Assembly: GCA_913063225.1 (NCBI GenBank)
Contig: CAJXYP010000002.1
Span: 21,756 to 85,755 of the forward strand
DNA from: an uncultured Cellvibrionales bacterium
GTDB taxonomy: Bacteria > Pseudomonadota > Gammaproteobacteria > Pseudomonadales > GM7GCV1
Length of the DNA: 64,000 nucleotides
Direction of reading: 5' to 3'
Under the pieces are notes generated by a model that saw only the letters and a list, made by a program, of their open reading frames with translations, had not been told where the DNA came from and searched no databases. Positions 1 to 10,946 of the stretch are shown here, one piece after another. The position numbers and the translations under genes were made by a program. Numbering within the stretch: the first letter of the stretch is position 1; each line of letters opens with the position of its first letter.

Positions 1-337
1 GTGATGCTGAAGGAACCCAGGCGACTTCCTGGCCCTCCCTCCCCTGAGGTTCGCCGATAAAGTTGGTGACCAAGGCCACTCTCAAATTTACAGAATATTC
101 TGGGTAGTCATGAGGGACTTGCATCAATGCTTCCTGAGACGTAATTTCGATACCCAGCTCTTCCATTATTTCGCGCCTAAGTGCCTGTGCGAAATCTTCG
201 TCGGGCTCAAACTTTCCACCGGGAAACTCCCACAAGCCCTCATGTTTCTTGCCGATGGGTCGTTTGGCGATCAGTACGCTACTCCCCCTAACGATTACCG
301 CTACAGCAACCTCTAGAGGAACAGCCCGATTCGACAT
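1..337 (-). CDS. mutT: Nudix hydrolase, MutT-like (8-oxo-dGTP diphosphatase family), N-terminal part; the CDS continues beyond the window start
   Basis: Not in the ORF track because it is open at the window edge. Manual minus-strand translation from the ATG at 337 gives MSNRAVPLEVAVAVIVRGSSVLIAKRPIGKKHEGLWEFPGGKFEPDEDFAQALRREIMEELGIEI... This contains the canonical Nudix box GX5EX7REUXEEXGU. The start overlaps the argJ stop (TGATG). The secA-argJ-mutT order is as in Pseudomonas. Confidence 0.8.
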   Translation of the reverse strand, partial: MSNRAVPLEVAVAVIVRGSSVLIAKRPIGKKHEGLWEFPGGKFEPDEDFAQALRREIMEELGIEITSQEALMQVPHDYPEYSVNLRVALVTNFIGEPQGREGQEVAWVPSAS

Positions 338-1560
338 CAGGTACGATATTCCGCATTGATGCGCACATAATCGTGGGACAGGTCTGTGGTCCAGATCTCC
401 TCAACAAATTCGCCTCTATTTAAATTGATAGAAATAGTAAATTCGGGCTTATCAAATACTTCTTGCCCCAAGGCTTCAGAATATTCGGAATGTACTGCAC
501 CCTGATTAACAAGAGGCACCTGATCTAAAAATAGTTCGATCGCATCGATATTAAGATCGACAACATCTGCATTTCCCACCGCGGCAAGAATTCTCCCCCA
601 ATTGGGGTCGCAAGCAAATAATGCTGTTTTTACCAACGGTGAATGCGCAACGGAAAAACCAACTTTTTTGCATTCATCCTCAGAACCACCACCCGACACT
701 ACTATGGTTACAAATTTTGTGGCTCCTTCACCGTCTCGAATTATGGCTTGAGCCAAATCCCGATATAGCTCAAACAGCTGAGATTTAACTATCTGCGCAT
801 CTTCTGAATCAGGGTTATCTATTAGCAGGTTGTCGGCCTTGCCGGTGCAAGCCAGGATGCAAGAATCATTAGTGGAAGTATCGCCGTCAACCGTCGCTCG
901 ATTAAAGGTCTTCTCACACAATTCCAAATGCCACAGCTGCGCCACCGGCGGAGCAATAGCAATATCTGAGACGATATAGGCCAGCATGGTTGCCATATTC
1001 GGGTGAATCATACCGGCACCTTTGGCGATACCAGAGATCCTGATAAGACTTCCAGATATTTCAAATTCTTTCTGAACCAGCTTTGGCCGCGTATCCGTGG
1101 TCATAATCGCCTGAGCCACCTCAGGCCAACTCACCGCAGAGAGTTCCCCAATGAGATTATCCATAGACGTTTGAAATGGTTCTAGCGGCAATAGCTCGCC
1201 GATAACTCCAGTAGAGAATGGCAATACCTGGTCAGGCTGAACACCCGTTGCCTTGGCAACCAGAACACAGGTCTCAAGAGATACATCAAATCCTGCCTGC
1301 CCGGTTCCAGCATTGGCGTTTCCGGAATTTATTAACAAATATCTAGCCTGATTTTCTGCGAGGTGTTTTTTACAAATCACAACCGGTGCAGCGCAAAAGG
1401 CATTTTGCGTAAATGCACCAACAACCACCGAGCCCTCGGACAACTCAATCAATGCAAGGTCCAGCCGATTTTCATAGCGAATTCCTGCTGCGAGCGCTGT
1501 TAACCGGCAACCCGCGATATCCATTGCTGACTGAGAGGTCCCAGATTCAGACTTACTCAT
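337..1560 (-). CDS. argJ: Bifunctional ornithine acetyltransferase / N-acetylglutamate synthase ArgJ
   Basis: ORF 337..1707, trimmed to the internal ATG at 1560 (MSKSESG...), which lies just after the secA stop at 1562. It has the ArgJ autoprocessing motif PNMATMLAY and a typical length of about 407 aa. Confidence 0.9.
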   Translation of the reverse strand: MSKSESGTSQSAMDIAGCRLTALAAGIRYENRLDLALIELSEGSVVVGAFTQNAFCAAPVVICKKHLAENQARYLLINSGNANAGTGQAGFDVSLETCVLVAKATGVQPDQVLPFSTGVIGELLPLEPFQTSMDNLIGELSAVSWPEVAQAIMTTDTRPKLVQKEFEISGSLIRISGIAKGAGMIHPNMATMLAYIVSDIAIAPPVAQLWHLELCEKTFNRATVDGDTSTNDSCILACTGKADNLLIDNPDSEDAQIVKSQLFELYRDLAQAIIRDGEGATKFVTIVVSGGGSEDECKKVGFSVAHSPLVKTALFACDPNWGRILAAVGNADVVDLNIDAIELFLDQVPLVNQGAVHSEYSEALGQEVFDKPEFTISINLNRGEFVEEIWTTDLSHDYVRINAEYRT

Positions 1561-1561
1561 A

Positions 1562-4555
1562 TTAGAGTTTTCCGTGGCATTGCTTGTATTTTTTACCCGA
1601 ATCACAGGGGCAGGGTTCGTTTCGACCCACTTTTTTATCTTCTCGAGTGAAGGGTTGAGCCTGTAGTTGCGCACTGCCGGGCCTAGTCTCGCCGGGCTTA
1701 GTCTCACCAGTTAAACCATTTGCCTCAGCATGCTGCATAGACATTTTGGTCTTAAGGGCCTCTTCTCGCTCCTGCTTCGCCTTTTCCATAGCTTGTAACT
1801 GTTCTGGGCTAGCCAACTGAAAGCGCATTAAAACCTTTGTTACGTCGCTTTTAACGCGATCTAAAAGGTCTCTAAACAGCTCAAAAGACTCTCGCTTATA
1901 TTCCTGCTTGGGATTGCGCCCTGCATAGCCGCGCAAGCCAATAGCTGAGCGCAAATTATCCATAGTAGCTAGGTGCTCTTTCCAGAGACGATCTAGCGTT
2001 TGCAGCATTAAATCTCTTTCCAATCGATGAATCACCATCTCCGGGTCTTCAATACTGCTATTTTTCTCAAATGCGGTTTGAAAGCCTGCCAATTTCGCTG
2101 AATATTGAGTCTCTATAGCTGCTAAAACCCTAGTAAGAATATCTTCCGGACTAATCTGCTTATCGTCTTCGATCCAGGTCTCGACAGATAAATCCATTCC
2201 CAATTCAGTATTTAAATATTGATCCAATCCATCTATATCCCACTGATCAACAAATCCTTCGGGTGGCACGTATGAATAAACCGCAGCCTCAATTGCATCT
2301 GCGCGCATCGCTGCCAAAATATCGGAGATATCATCTTCGTCCAAAAGCTCATTCCGCTGCTGATAGACAACCAATCGCTGATCGTTAGATACATCATCGT
2401 ATTCCAGAAGTTGCTTTCGGATATCGAAGTTACGGCCTTCCACCTTGCGCTGCGCTTTTTCGATAGAACCAGTAACCATACGGTGCTCGATAGCTTCGCC
2501 TTTATCCATACCTAGCGCCTGCATCATTCCCCGTACTCTCTCGGAAGCAAATAATCTCATTAGATTGTCTTCCATCGAAAGGTAAAAGCGGGTTTCGCCA
2601 GGATCACCCTGCCGACCAGAACGCCCACGCAGCTGGTTATCAATACGTCTCGATTCGTGTCTCTCAGTACAAATAATATGTAATCCGCCTGCGTCCAAAA
2701 CAGTCTGGTGCCGTTCCGACCATTCCTTTTTATGGGCTTCAATTTCTGCTTCACTCGGATTATCTAATTGTGTCAGCTCGGAATCGAGATTTCCTCCCAA
2801 AACAATATCGGTACCCCGTCCCGCCATATTGGTGGCAATAGTCACGCGGCCTGGCAGACCCGCTTCAGCAACAATTTCCGCTTCACGCTCATTCTGCTTG
2901 GCATTTAGTACTTGGTGATCAATTTTTGCCTTAGTTAGCAGTTCCGACATTTCTTCAGAAGTTTCGATAGAGGCGGTTCCTACCAATACAGGCGCAGACT
3001 TTTCTTGGCAGGCCTTTATATCTTCAATTGCCGCATCTAGCTTTTCTTCTTTAGTAAGAAAAATAAGGTCATTTAGATCGTTACGCGCCATGGGTCTGTT
3101 AGTTGGTAAGATCAATACCTGCAGACCATAAATCTCCTGGAACTCGGCTGCTTCCGTATCCGCCGTACCGGTCATACCACTAAGCTTTTGGTAAAGGCGG
3201 AAAAAATTCTGGAACGTGGTGGATGCCAAAGTTTGGCTCTCATGCTGAATTTTTTGCCCTTCTTTCGCCTCGATAGCTTGATGTAAACCGTCACCCAAAC
3301 GCCTACCTGGCATTTTTCGCCCGGTATGCTCATCAATCAAAATAACTTCGCTATCGGCAACTATGTACTCGACATCTTTTCGAAACAGATGTCTGGATCT
3401 CAAACCAGCCTGCATACACTGCAGTAATATCTGATTTTTAGGTTGATACAAGCTTTCATTTTCTGCCAATAGTTTTTCTTGAATCAGCAGTTTCTCAACC
3501 TCAGAATGACCTTCCTCAGTTAAATCCACTGTCCGCATTTTTTCGTCAATGGTGAAATGCCCGGGCTCCAAAAATTTACATTTTGGCAGGCCATCTAATT
3601 CAATTTGTACTAGATCTTTGTTTTTTTCCTTAGCGAGCTGCATTGCGCGCCCGATACTTACGGCCTCGTCTTCAGGAATCTCGGTTCCTAATACAAATAC
3701 TTTCGAGGCTTCAATATCCTGATTGCGCGGCGCGTCTTGTTCAGGCTGCGCCTTAAGCATGGGTACCACTCGTCCAATATGACTTACCAACTCGGAGTTA
3801 TCTTCCGCCATACCGGAGATGACTAGTGGCGTTCTCGCCTCATCAATAAGAATGGAATCCACCTCATCAATAATGGCAAAGGTTAACCCTCGCTGTGTGC
3901 GGTTTTCCTTACGCAACACCATGTTGTCGCGGAGATAATCAAATCCATATTCATTATTTGTGCCGTAGGTAATGTCAGCAAGATAAGCATCCTGTCGAGC
4001 ACATGCACGCAGCCACTGGAAATTGGGGATATCGCTTTTATGCTCCAGATCAATCACAAATGAAGCGTTTCCTGGCCCAAAGGCGCCCGTGGACTGAATA
4101 ACGCCAATACTTACACCCAAGCGCTCGAATACTGGAGCCATCCAATGCGCATCTCTGCGCGCCAAATAATCGTTTACAGTTATAACGTGTACGCCTTCGC
4201 CAGACAGTGCGTTTAGATAAGACGGCAAGGTGGCTACCAGGGTTTTACCCTCTCCGGTACGCATCTCCGAAATTTTTCCTTCGTGCAACGCGATACCACC
4301 AATCATCTGCACATCAAAATGTCGCAGTCCAATAGAGCGAACCGACGCTTCACGCACGGCAGAAAAAGCTTCTGGCAATATCTGGTCTAGAGATTCACCG
4401 TCAGACAAGCGCTTTTTTAGGCCTGAGGTAACTTCTCGTAATTCGTCATCGGATTTAGTCTGGAAATCAGCTTCCAGAACATTTATGTTTTCTACAATAC
4501 GACCCAATCTACGCAATTCGCGATCGTTTTGAGTTCCAAAGATTTTTTTCAACAT
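1562..4555 (-). CDS. secA: Preprotein translocase ATPase SecA
   Basis: The N-terminus [16 protein letters not shown] is SecA-like (ATG at 4555; an alternative ATG is at 4561). It has Walker [10 protein letters not shown], the DEAD-like [17 protein letters not shown] motif, and the C-terminal zinc/SecB-binding motif [19 protein letters not shown]. Confidence 0.96.
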   Translation of the reverse strand: MLKKIFGTQNDRELRRLGRIVENINVLEADFQTKSDDELREVTSGLKKRLSDGESLDQILPEAFSAVREASVRSIGLRHFDVQMIGGIALHEGKISEMRTGEGKTLVATLPSYLNALSGEGVHVITVNDYLARRDAHWMAPVFERLGVSIGVIQSTGAFGPGNASFVIDLEHKSDIPNFQWLRACARQDAYLADITYGTNNEYGFDYLRDNMVLRKENRTQRGLTFAIIDEVDSILIDEARTPLVISGMAEDNSELVSHIGRVVPMLKAQPEQDAPRNQDIEASKVFVLGTEIPEDEAVSIGRAMQLAKEKNKDLVQIELDGLPKCKFLEPGHFTIDEKMRTVDLTEEGHSEVEKLLIQEKLLAENESLYQPKNQILLQCMQAGLRSRHLFRKDVEYIVADSEVILIDEHTGRKMPGRRLGDGLHQAIEAKEGQKIQHESQTLASTTFQNFFRLYQKLSGMTGTADTEAAEFQEIYGLQVLILPTNRPMARNDLNDLIFLTKEEKLDAAIEDIKACQEKSAPVLVGTASIETSEEMSELLTKAKIDHQVLNAKQNEREAEIVAEAGLPGRVTIATNMAGRGTDIVLGGNLDSELTQLDNPSEAEIEAHKKEWSERHQTVLDAGGLHIICTERHESRRIDNQLRGRSGRQGDPGETRFYLSMEDNLMRLFASERVRGMMQALGMDKGEAIEHRMVTGSIEKAQRKVEGRNFDIRKQLLEYDDVSNDQRLVVYQQRNELLDEDDISDILAAMRADAIEAAVYSYVPPEGFVDQWDIDGLDQYLNTELGMDLSVETWIEDDKQISPEDILTRVLAAIETQYSAKLAGFQTAFEKNSSIEDPEMVIHRLERDLMLQTLDRLWKEHLATMDNLRSAIGLRGYAGRNPKQEYKRESFELFRDLLDRVKSDVTKVLMRFQLASPEQLQAMEKAKQEREEALKTKMSMQHAEANGLTGETKPGETRPGSAQLQAQPFTREDKKVGRNEPCPCDSGKKYKQCHGKL

Positions 4556-4658
4556 TTTCATGTTTACACAATTCCAAAAATTTATATGAGGCAACACAAG
4601 AGTAACGCCACTCCGGTTTAACTAAGGGAGTGGAAGAAAGAGTTAGAAGTATTGAAAT

Positions 4659-5585
4659 TCAGCGAACAGTGCGCTGAATATAACTGGCCGGATCGACAGA
4701 ACGTCCGTTTTTGTAGACTTCGAAATGAACGTGTGGCCCAGTTGATCGACCAGTAGTGCCCATAGCGGCAATTTGCTGCCCCTTGTGAACAATCGCGCCC
4801 AGAGCAACGAAGAGTTCTTTGTTGTGAGCATAGAGAGTAACTAATCCAGAATCATGGGTGATTTCGATGACATTGCCATAGGTAGTGCTGGCATCGGTGT
4901 AGGTAACCACACCTGAGGCGACAGCCAATACCGCAGAACCTTCGCGTCCGGCAATGTCTATACCATTGTGCCAAGCCTCTAGCCCAGTAAAAGGATCCGT
5001 GCGCGTTCCATAGTGGGAAGAGACCCACCCAGCTGTCGCTGGCAACCCAGAAGGAGATGAATCGTCGCGGAGTTGCTGATCAAAAATTAAAGCGGATAGC
5101 AAATTCAGCTGCATCTCTCGATCGGCAATCTGGCGATCCAAAGCATTTAATCGTTGAATAAGTTCGCCGGATAGATTTGAGTCCGCACCAATGTTCGTTA
5201 ACGGACCACCTAAGGCCGGAGCACTAGAGAAATCAAACTCTCCACCGGTCAAATCAGCGCGCACGGCCACTCGCTGACCAAGTGCTTCAATGCGAGTTAT
5301 ACGTGCCTGCATTTCAGCCATGCTCAGGCTAAGGGCCCGCACATTTTTTTCGGTGTCTTGCGTAACCTGACTAACCTGATCGCGCTGCTGATCTAAATCA
5401 GCTTGCATTCCCTCGGAGAGGTTCTGAAAAAAGTCTGGCAACTGATGGATTTGATTTGCGCCCACCCACCAGCCGGTGGCCAAGGGAGCTCCAAATACAC
5501 AAATGGACAGCAAAGCCTTCATCCACAGATTCAGATGTACCGATGTGGTCTTGCCGTGATTCCCTTTGATGATAAGAATTTTCAT
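4659..5585 (-). CDS. M23 family metallopeptidase (EnvC/NlpD-like murein hydrolase factor) with an N-terminal membrane anchor and coiled coil
   Basis: C-terminal M23 motifs HNGIDIAG ... TLYAHN ... TGRSTGPHVHFEV. The start is trimmed to the ATG at 5585 so that it does not overlap lpxC. Its position between lpxC and secA matches Pseudomonas. Confidence 0.85.
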   Translation of the reverse strand: MKILIIKGNHGKTTSVHLNLWMKALLSICVFGAPLATGWWVGANQIHQLPDFFQNLSEGMQADLDQQRDQVSQVTQDTEKNVRALSLSMAEMQARITRIEALGQRVAVRADLTGGEFDFSSAPALGGPLTNIGADSNLSGELIQRLNALDRQIADREMQLNLLSALIFDQQLRDDSSPSGLPATAGWVSSHYGTRTDPFTGLEAWHNGIDIAGREGSAVLAVASGVVTYTDASTTYGNVIEITHDSGLVTLYAHNKELFVALGAIVHKGQQIAAMGTTGRSTGPHVHFEVYKNGRSVDPASYIQRTVR

Positions 5586-5599
5586 ATCAAAAGCTTTGT

Positions 5600-6514
5600 C
5601 TAACCTTCTGCCGCCAGAGGACGCATATAGGATATAGGCGCATCTTCTGCGTTTTCGAAAGTAACGGTTTCCCAAGAATCTTTCTGAGCCAGCAGTTCAC
5701 GCAACAATAAGTTATTTAGTGCATGCCCTGACTTATGAGCCCGAAACTCGCCAATGAGGCTCGTTCCCAAAAGATATAGGTCACCAATAGCGTCCAAAAT
5801 TTTGTGCTTAACAAATTCATCTTTGTATCGAAGACCATCTTCGTTGAGGATACTGTATTTATCTACAACAATAGCGTTGTCTAAACTGCCGCCTCGGGCC
5901 AAACCGCGTGACTGTAAATATTCAAATTCGTGCAAAAAACCAAAGGTTCTGGCTCTACTTACTTCTTTAACAAAGGAAGTACTAGAAAAATCTATTTCCG
6001 CGCTTAGCGGTCTATCCTTAAACACGGGATGATCGAATTCGATAGAAAAAGCAACTTTGAATCCGTTAAAAGGCTTGAAAATTGCGTACTTATCGCCCTG
6101 ATCAACCCTTACTTCCGAAAGAATCCGGATAAACTTTTTAGGGGCTTCCTGCTCGGCAATTCCAGCGGACTGAATCAGAAATACAAAAGGACCAGCACTG
6201 CCGTCCATTAAGGGTACTTCAGGACCGTCGACTTCTATACGGACATTGTCTATACCCAAACCCGCCATCGCAGATAATAGATGCTCTACCGTGGATACAC
6301 GGACGTCTCCGTAACCAAGAGAAGTTGAAAGCGTGGTATCTCCAACGTTCTCAGCATGGGCAGCCAAGGTCTCTGGCGGATCCAAATCAACGCGCGTAAA
6401 AGTAATGCCGTGATCTATGGGAGCAGGCATCAAAGCAAGGCTAATTTTCTGCCCTGTATGTAATCCCACGCCAGTGGCGCGAATTGTGTTTTTTAATGTT
6501 CTTTGCTTAATCAT
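5600..6514 (-). CDS. lpxC: UDP-3-O-acyl-N-acetylglucosamine deacetylase LpxC
   Basis: [24 protein letters not shown] is a typical LpxC N-terminus (ATG at 6514). It also has the [12 protein letters not shown] motif and sits directly downstream of ftsZ. Confidence 0.95.
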   Translation of the reverse strand: MIKQRTLKNTIRATGVGLHTGQKISLALMPAPIDHGITFTRVDLDPPETLAAHAENVGDTTLSTSLGYGDVRVSTVEHLLSAMAGLGIDNVRIEVDGPEVPLMDGSAGPFVFLIQSAGIAEQEAPKKFIRILSEVRVDQGDKYAIFKPFNGFKVAFSIEFDHPVFKDRPLSAEIDFSSTSFVKEVSRARTFGFLHEFEYLQSRGLARGGSLDNAIVVDKYSILNEDGLRYKDEFVKHKILDAIGDLYLLGTSLIGEFRAHKSGHALNNLLLRELLAQKDSWETVTFENAEDAPISYMRPLAAEG

Positions 6515-6700
6515 GCAGTCGGAATATTCAACCGGCGCTAAGTAAGCCGCTAGTTTAGCGCGCATGGCGCAAAAGAAACAGAAGGAGTTACTATTTTTAA
6601 CCAGCCAAACAGGGATATTTGACGGCTAGACCACTTACTTAGAGGCCGGTTTAATAAGAGGGCTTTAGTACGTTACGGGCACATATTCCATAGAGATAGT

Positions 6701-6738
6701 AAGGCAATGAGCCGGAAACGCCGCCAACTCATTGCCTT
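6701..6738 (-). terminator. Stem-loop just downstream of ftsZ; possible terminator, attenuator or RNA-stability element
   Basis: An 11-bp perfect stem, aaggcaatgag (6701-6711) pairing with ctcattgcctt (6728-6738), with a 16-nt loop. There is no clean T-run on the minus strand, so termination is uncertain. Confidence 0.35.
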
Positions 6739-6748
6739 TACTGGGCTT

Positions 6749-7915
6749 TTAGTCCGCCTGACGTCGCAGGAAGGCTGGAATATCTAAATATTCCATATCT
6801 TCCGCGCGAGGGGCCGCTTCTGCCTTAGCTTCACCTCTTCGACCTCGGATTACCGTAGGAATATCTAGTTCCTGATAGTTAGCACCGGGCTCTGATTTTC
6901 GCGATTCATCACTCGCTATTGTGTTGTCGACCACTTTTTTGGGTCTACCAGCGCTAGCTGTTGGTCCCAAGCCTGTGGCAACCACAGTTACGCGAAGCTC
7001 ATCCGTCATAGATGGATCAATTACGGTACCGATAACTACGGTAGCGTCTTCTGAGGCAAATTCCTCGATCGTATCACCAACTTCAGAGAACTCACCCAAG
7101 CTCATATCAGGACCCGCCGTGATATTTACCAGGATGCCTTTCGCACCTTGTAGATCGATATCATCCAGCAATGGACTGCGTACCGCTTTTTCAGCAGCAT
7201 CACGAGCGCGATTGTCGCCAGCGGCAGAACCGCTGCCCATCATAGCCATGCCCATTTCACCCATAACCGTTCGTACATCAGCGAAATCCACGTTGATCAT
7301 TCCCGGTCTGATTATCAGATCAGCTATGCCCTGGACGGCACCGTGAAGAACGTCATTGGCCTTCGCAAAAGCATTTACCAAACTCACATCTTTGCCTAGT
7401 ACGGCCAGCAACCGATCATTTGGGATGGTGATTAGAGAATCCACATGATCCTGAAGTTCGCGAATACCTTCATCAGCAATCGCTGAACGTTTTTTACCCT
7501 CGAACATAAATGGACGAGTTACCACAGCTACTGTGAGTATTCCCAGATCTCGAGCAACGCTGGCTACCACTGGTGCACCACCAGTTCCCGTTCCGCCACC
7601 CATGCCTGCAGTAATAAAGACCATATCGCTTCCTGCCAAAACTTCAGCAATCCGCTCGCGGTCTTCAAGTGCAGCCTGTCGGCCAATTTCAGGATTTGCT
7701 CCAGCGCCTAGACCCTTAGTGACATGACTTCCGAGCTGAAAAACGGTAGCCCCGGCAACATCCTTAAGTGCCTGGGAGTCTGTATTGGCGCAAACGAATT
7801 CAACTCCCTCGACTTGATTTCCAATCATGTGTCGAACGGCGTTTCCTCCGCCGCCTCCAACACCGATCACCTTGATTACCGCGTTTTGCGGGACTGCATC
7901 TACTAGTTCAAACAT
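6749..7915 (-). CDS. ftsZ: Cell division GTPase FtsZ
   Basis: IKVIGVGGGGGNAV, the tubulin signature GGGTGTGGAP, and the conserved C-terminal peptide DIPAFLRRQAD. Confidence 0.98.
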   Translation of the reverse strand: MFELVDAVPQNAVIKVIGVGGGGGNAVRHMIGNQVEGVEFVCANTDSQALKDVAGATVFQLGSHVTKGLGAGANPEIGRQAALEDRERIAEVLAGSDMVFITAGMGGGTGTGGAPVVASVARDLGILTVAVVTRPFMFEGKKRSAIADEGIRELQDHVDSLITIPNDRLLAVLGKDVSLVNAFAKANDVLHGAVQGIADLIIRPGMINVDFADVRTVMGEMGMAMMGSGSAAGDNRARDAAEKAVRSPLLDDIDLQGAKGILVNITAGPDMSLGEFSEVGDTIEEFASEDATVVIGTVIDPSMTDELRVTVVATGLGPTASAGRPKKVVDNTIASDESRKSEPGANYQELDIPTVIRGRRGEAKAEAAPRAEDMEYLDIPAFLRRQAD

Positions 7916-7973
7916 GGCGTTTCCTCTATTTACTTACTTCTATTGCTAATTTTGGATCTGTTACCAGGCCCAA

Positions 7974-9209
7974 CTAAAAATTTCCTTGGAACCAGCTTTT
8001 TACTCGCTCCACCAGACTCGCTTCGTCACTACCACGGCGTTTCTTGCGTCCACCGTCCATCTGTTGATCAAGGCCGTACTGCAGCAAACCCACGCCTGTT
8101 GCGTATATCGGGTTAGAAACTATGTCAGTGAGCCCCTTCACTTGCTGGGGTGCACCCAGACGCACAGGCATATGAAATATTTCCTCGGCCAAATCCACCA
8201 CACCTTCCATTTTTGAGGTGCCACCAGTGAGCACTACGCCACCAGCCAATAATTCTTCGTAACCACTGCGTCTCAATTCACCCTGAACCAGATTAAACAG
8301 TTCCTCATATCGAGGTTCTACCACCTCTGCTAAAGCCTGCCGGGACAGATCTCTTGGCGCTCTATCGCCCACGCTGGGTACTTCGATACGCTCTTCCGGC
8401 CGAGCCAGACTTGCTAACGCGCAGGCGTATTTCACTTTTAACTCTTCTGCGTTTTGAGTAGGTGTGCGCAATGCCATAGCAATATCGTTGGTGACTTGAT
8501 CACCGGCAATAGGTATGACGCCTGTGTGGCGGATTGCACCATCGGTGAAAATCGCTATATCAGAGGTTCCGCCGCCTATATCTACTAGACAAACACCCAA
8601 ATCCTTCTCGTCTTCAGTAAGAACTGCGTAGCTGGAAGCGAGCTGTTCAAGAATTACGTCATCTACTTCTAGCCCGCAGCGTCGAATACACTTTTCAATA
8701 TTTTGCATCGCATTTACTGCACAGGTCACCAAATGCACCTTGGCTTCCAATCGAACGCCAGACATACCTAGAGGTTTACGCACGCCCTCTTGGTCATCAA
8801 CCAGATATTCCTGCGGCAAAATGTGCAAAATCTTCTGATCTGCCGGAATAGCAACCGCTTGTGCAGCATCTATTACTCGGTCTATATCTAAAGGGAGTAC
8901 TTCGCAGTCCCGAATGGCCACTATTCCGTGCGAGTTCAGGCTGCGAATATGGCTACCCGCGATACCCGCATATACGGAATGAATACGGCAACCAGCCATA
9001 AGCTCTGCCTCTTCCACAGCGCGTTGTATTGATTGCACTGTAGATTCGATATTCACCACCACTCCTTTTTTTAGGCCGGTGGACTTGTGAGACCCCAACC
9101 CGATCACCTCAAGCGTGCCTTCCGCAGTCACTTCACCAACAATGGCTACTACCTTGGAAGTGCCAATATCGAGCCCAACAATTAAATTACCTTCTAGCGA
9201 ACTCGCCAT
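7974..9209 (-). CDS. ftsA: Cell division protein FtsA
   Basis: Actin-like ATPase motifs VGLDIGTSKV and DIGGGTSDIA. I prefer the ATG at 9209 (GGGAG lies 6 nt upstream) over the ATG at 9215. Confidence 0.95.
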   Translation of the reverse strand: MASSLEGNLIVGLDIGTSKVVAIVGEVTAEGTLEVIGLGSHKSTGLKKGVVVNIESTVQSIQRAVEEAELMAGCRIHSVYAGIAGSHIRSLNSHGIVAIRDCEVLPLDIDRVIDAAQAVAIPADQKILHILPQEYLVDDQEGVRKPLGMSGVRLEAKVHLVTCAVNAMQNIEKCIRRCGLEVDDVILEQLASSYAVLTEDEKDLGVCLVDIGGGTSDIAIFTDGAIRHTGVIPIAGDQVTNDIAMALRTPTQNAEELKVKYACALASLARPEERIEVPSVGDRAPRDLSRQALAEVVEPRYEELFNLVQGELRRSGYEELLAGGVVLTGGTSKMEGVVDLAEEIFHMPVRLGAPQQVKGLTDIVSNPIYATGVGLLQYGLDQQMDGGRKKRRGSDEASLVERVKSWFQGNF

Positions 9210-10002
9210 AACCATCTCCCATCTGTTGAATTCCAGTGCCCTCTTGCGCGCCCCTATCCCAGCTAACCGCTAAGCCATTGGCATAGCGGAGATCGATCTG
9301 ACCAATTTGGTCAGACCGTTTATGTAGCTCAATACTCCAAACTGCAATGAACCGTTGAACTCTGCTGAGTAGTTCTTTGTTACCCAGCTTCAGTCTGATT
9401 CCGTTGTCTAGCACCAGCTCGAGATCTCCGGAATAATTTTCATGAAGCTCCTCCAGCTTTAAATTGAGCTGTGACATGCCCTGACTTAGCAATCGGTATT
9501 GGTCTAGCAGGCTGTGCGGATCTCCAATCGAACTCTGCAACAGGGGCAGCTGTTCACTTACCTGATAACCCCGGACCAAGATGCCCTGATCACTTACATA
9601 GCCTTCCGTGCCCCACTGGGCCACCAATCTATGCTCCGCCAAATTCACCACTAGTACAGAGGGCCATTGCCGACTTACTTGTGCGCTCGCGACCCAAGGC
9701 GTGGTTTCAATCTGTGCTTGTACTTCTTCGAGATTCAAACTGAGCAGTCCCATGCCCGCGTAGCCACGCAGTTTCTGATATATCTGCTCGGACCAACCCC
9801 GATTGAATTCACCACTAAGCTGAATATTTTGAACGGGTTTATTCATATGCACGAAGGATTCATAGCCCGCAAAGCCGACACCGAACAACGCCAATAGAAA
9901 AACGGTACTTCGAACCCCCTCAGTAATTTTCTTGAGGTTGTGGCCCTTGATTGGTCGACTAGCACCAACTCCCATCCGGTGATTGCGAATAGGATTTTTC
10001 AT
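9187..10002 (-). CDS. ftsQ: Cell division protein FtsQ
   Basis: Single N-terminal TM segment (VFLLALFGVGFAGY) followed by a POTRA/FtsQ-type periplasmic domain. It sits between ddl and ftsA and has an ATGA overlap with ddl. Confidence 0.85.
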   Translation of the reverse strand: MKNPIRNHRMGVGASRPIKGHNLKKITEGVRSTVFLLALFGVGFAGYESFVHMNKPVQNIQLSGEFNRGWSEQIYQKLRGYAGMGLLSLNLEEVQAQIETTPWVASAQVSRQWPSVLVVNLAEHRLVAQWGTEGYVSDQGILVRGYQVSEQLPLLQSSIGDPHSLLDQYRLLSQGMSQLNLKLEELHENYSGDLELVLDNGIRLKLGNKELLSRVQRFIAVWSIELHKRSDQIGQIDLRYANGLAVSWDRGAQEGTGIQQMGDGYGEFARR

Positions 10003-10946
10003 CGATTCAAACTCGCGGAATCTAATATCAACAAGATTAGCTGTGCAAAAGTAATACCCATCGCTGCGGCCGACATAGGCACCAAACTATGAGAGGTTAG
10101 CCCCGGGATAGTATTGGCTTCCAACAGCAGGAACTCACCATCATCAGCCTGCATTAGATCAACACGTCCCCAACCAGAACACCCGAGTGCATTGAACGCT
10201 TCGAGCGAGATCTGCTGAATTTCTAGTGTTTGTTTTTCCGAAATAGGCGCAGGGCAAAGATAGATGGTCTCTGCGGAAAGGTATTTAGCTTCGTAAGTAT
10301 AAAACGGATCCGGCGTTTGCATCTGAATCACCGGCATTACCTCACCCTGAACAACAGAGACCGTGTACTCGGCGCCTGATATCCACTGCTCCGCTATAAC
10401 TTCCGTATCAAACTGCGAAGCCAGTTCGTAAGCTTGCTGTAATTCAGAAGCAGTGCGCGCTTGACTCATGCCCAAGCTAGAACCTTCAGACACAGGCTTA
10501 ATCATGGCGTGGCCGCCAAGCTCTGCAATCGCTGTAGTCCAATCTGTGTCTTTTGAAAGCTGGCTCCAAGGAGCTGTCGGTAATCCTTCAAATTGCCAAA
10601 CTCTTTTGGTTTGCGCCTTGTGTAAGGTGAGCGCAGAGCCCAGAACTCCAGATCCTGTGTAAGGCATTTTCAAAAATTCCAGTACTCCCTGAATGGACCC
10701 GTCTTCCCCACCTCGCCCATGCAAAGCGATAAAAACCCGGTCCGGCTTCAGCTCTTGCAACTGAGTGACAATATCTGGACCAACATCAACAAGTTGATGC
10801 TCTATTTCCAATTCCATCAGCGCATCTGCCACAGCCTTCCCGGACTGTAAAGAAATTTCCCGCTCCGCTGACTGGCCTCCAAAAAGCACCGCTACAAGAC
10901 CCATATCTTTTGCGTGTATTTGCTCGAGTCTTTGCATCAAATTCAT
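9999..10946 (-). CDS. ddl: D-alanine--D-alanine ligase
   Basis: ATP-grasp Ddl motifs ([31 protein letters not shown]) and the expected dcw position. Confidence 0.93.
   Translation of the reverse strand: MNLMQRLEQIHAKDMGLVAVLFGGQSAEREISLQSGKAVADALMELEIEHQLVDVGPDIVTQLQELKPDRVFIALHGRGGEDGSIQGVLEFLKMPYTGSGVLGSALTLHKAQTKRVWQFEGLPTAPWSQLSKDTDWTTAIAELGGHAMIKPVSEGSSLGMSQARTASELQQAYELASQFDTEVIAEQWISGAEYTVSVVQGEVMPVIQMQTPDPFYTYEAKYLSAETIYLCPAPISEKQTLEIQQISLEAFNALGCSGWGRVDLMQADDGEFLLLEANTIPGLTSHSLVPMSAAAMGITFAQLILLILDSASLNR

Noticed and set aside
110-316. 68-aa plus-strand ORF at the window start
   Set aside because: It is antisense to a clear Nudix (MutT-like) coding frame on the minus strand that carries a perfect Nudix box. 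The plus-strand ORF is spurious.
1561-1707. N-terminal extension of the argJ ORF overlapping the 3' end of secA. Similar extensions occur on the lpxC, mraZ, petA, rpsI, sspA, M23 peptidase and lipoprotein ORFs.
   Set aside because: The longest-ORF starts overlap upstream genes or add non-homologous residues. Internal ATGs reproduce canonical N-termini and sensible RBS spacing.
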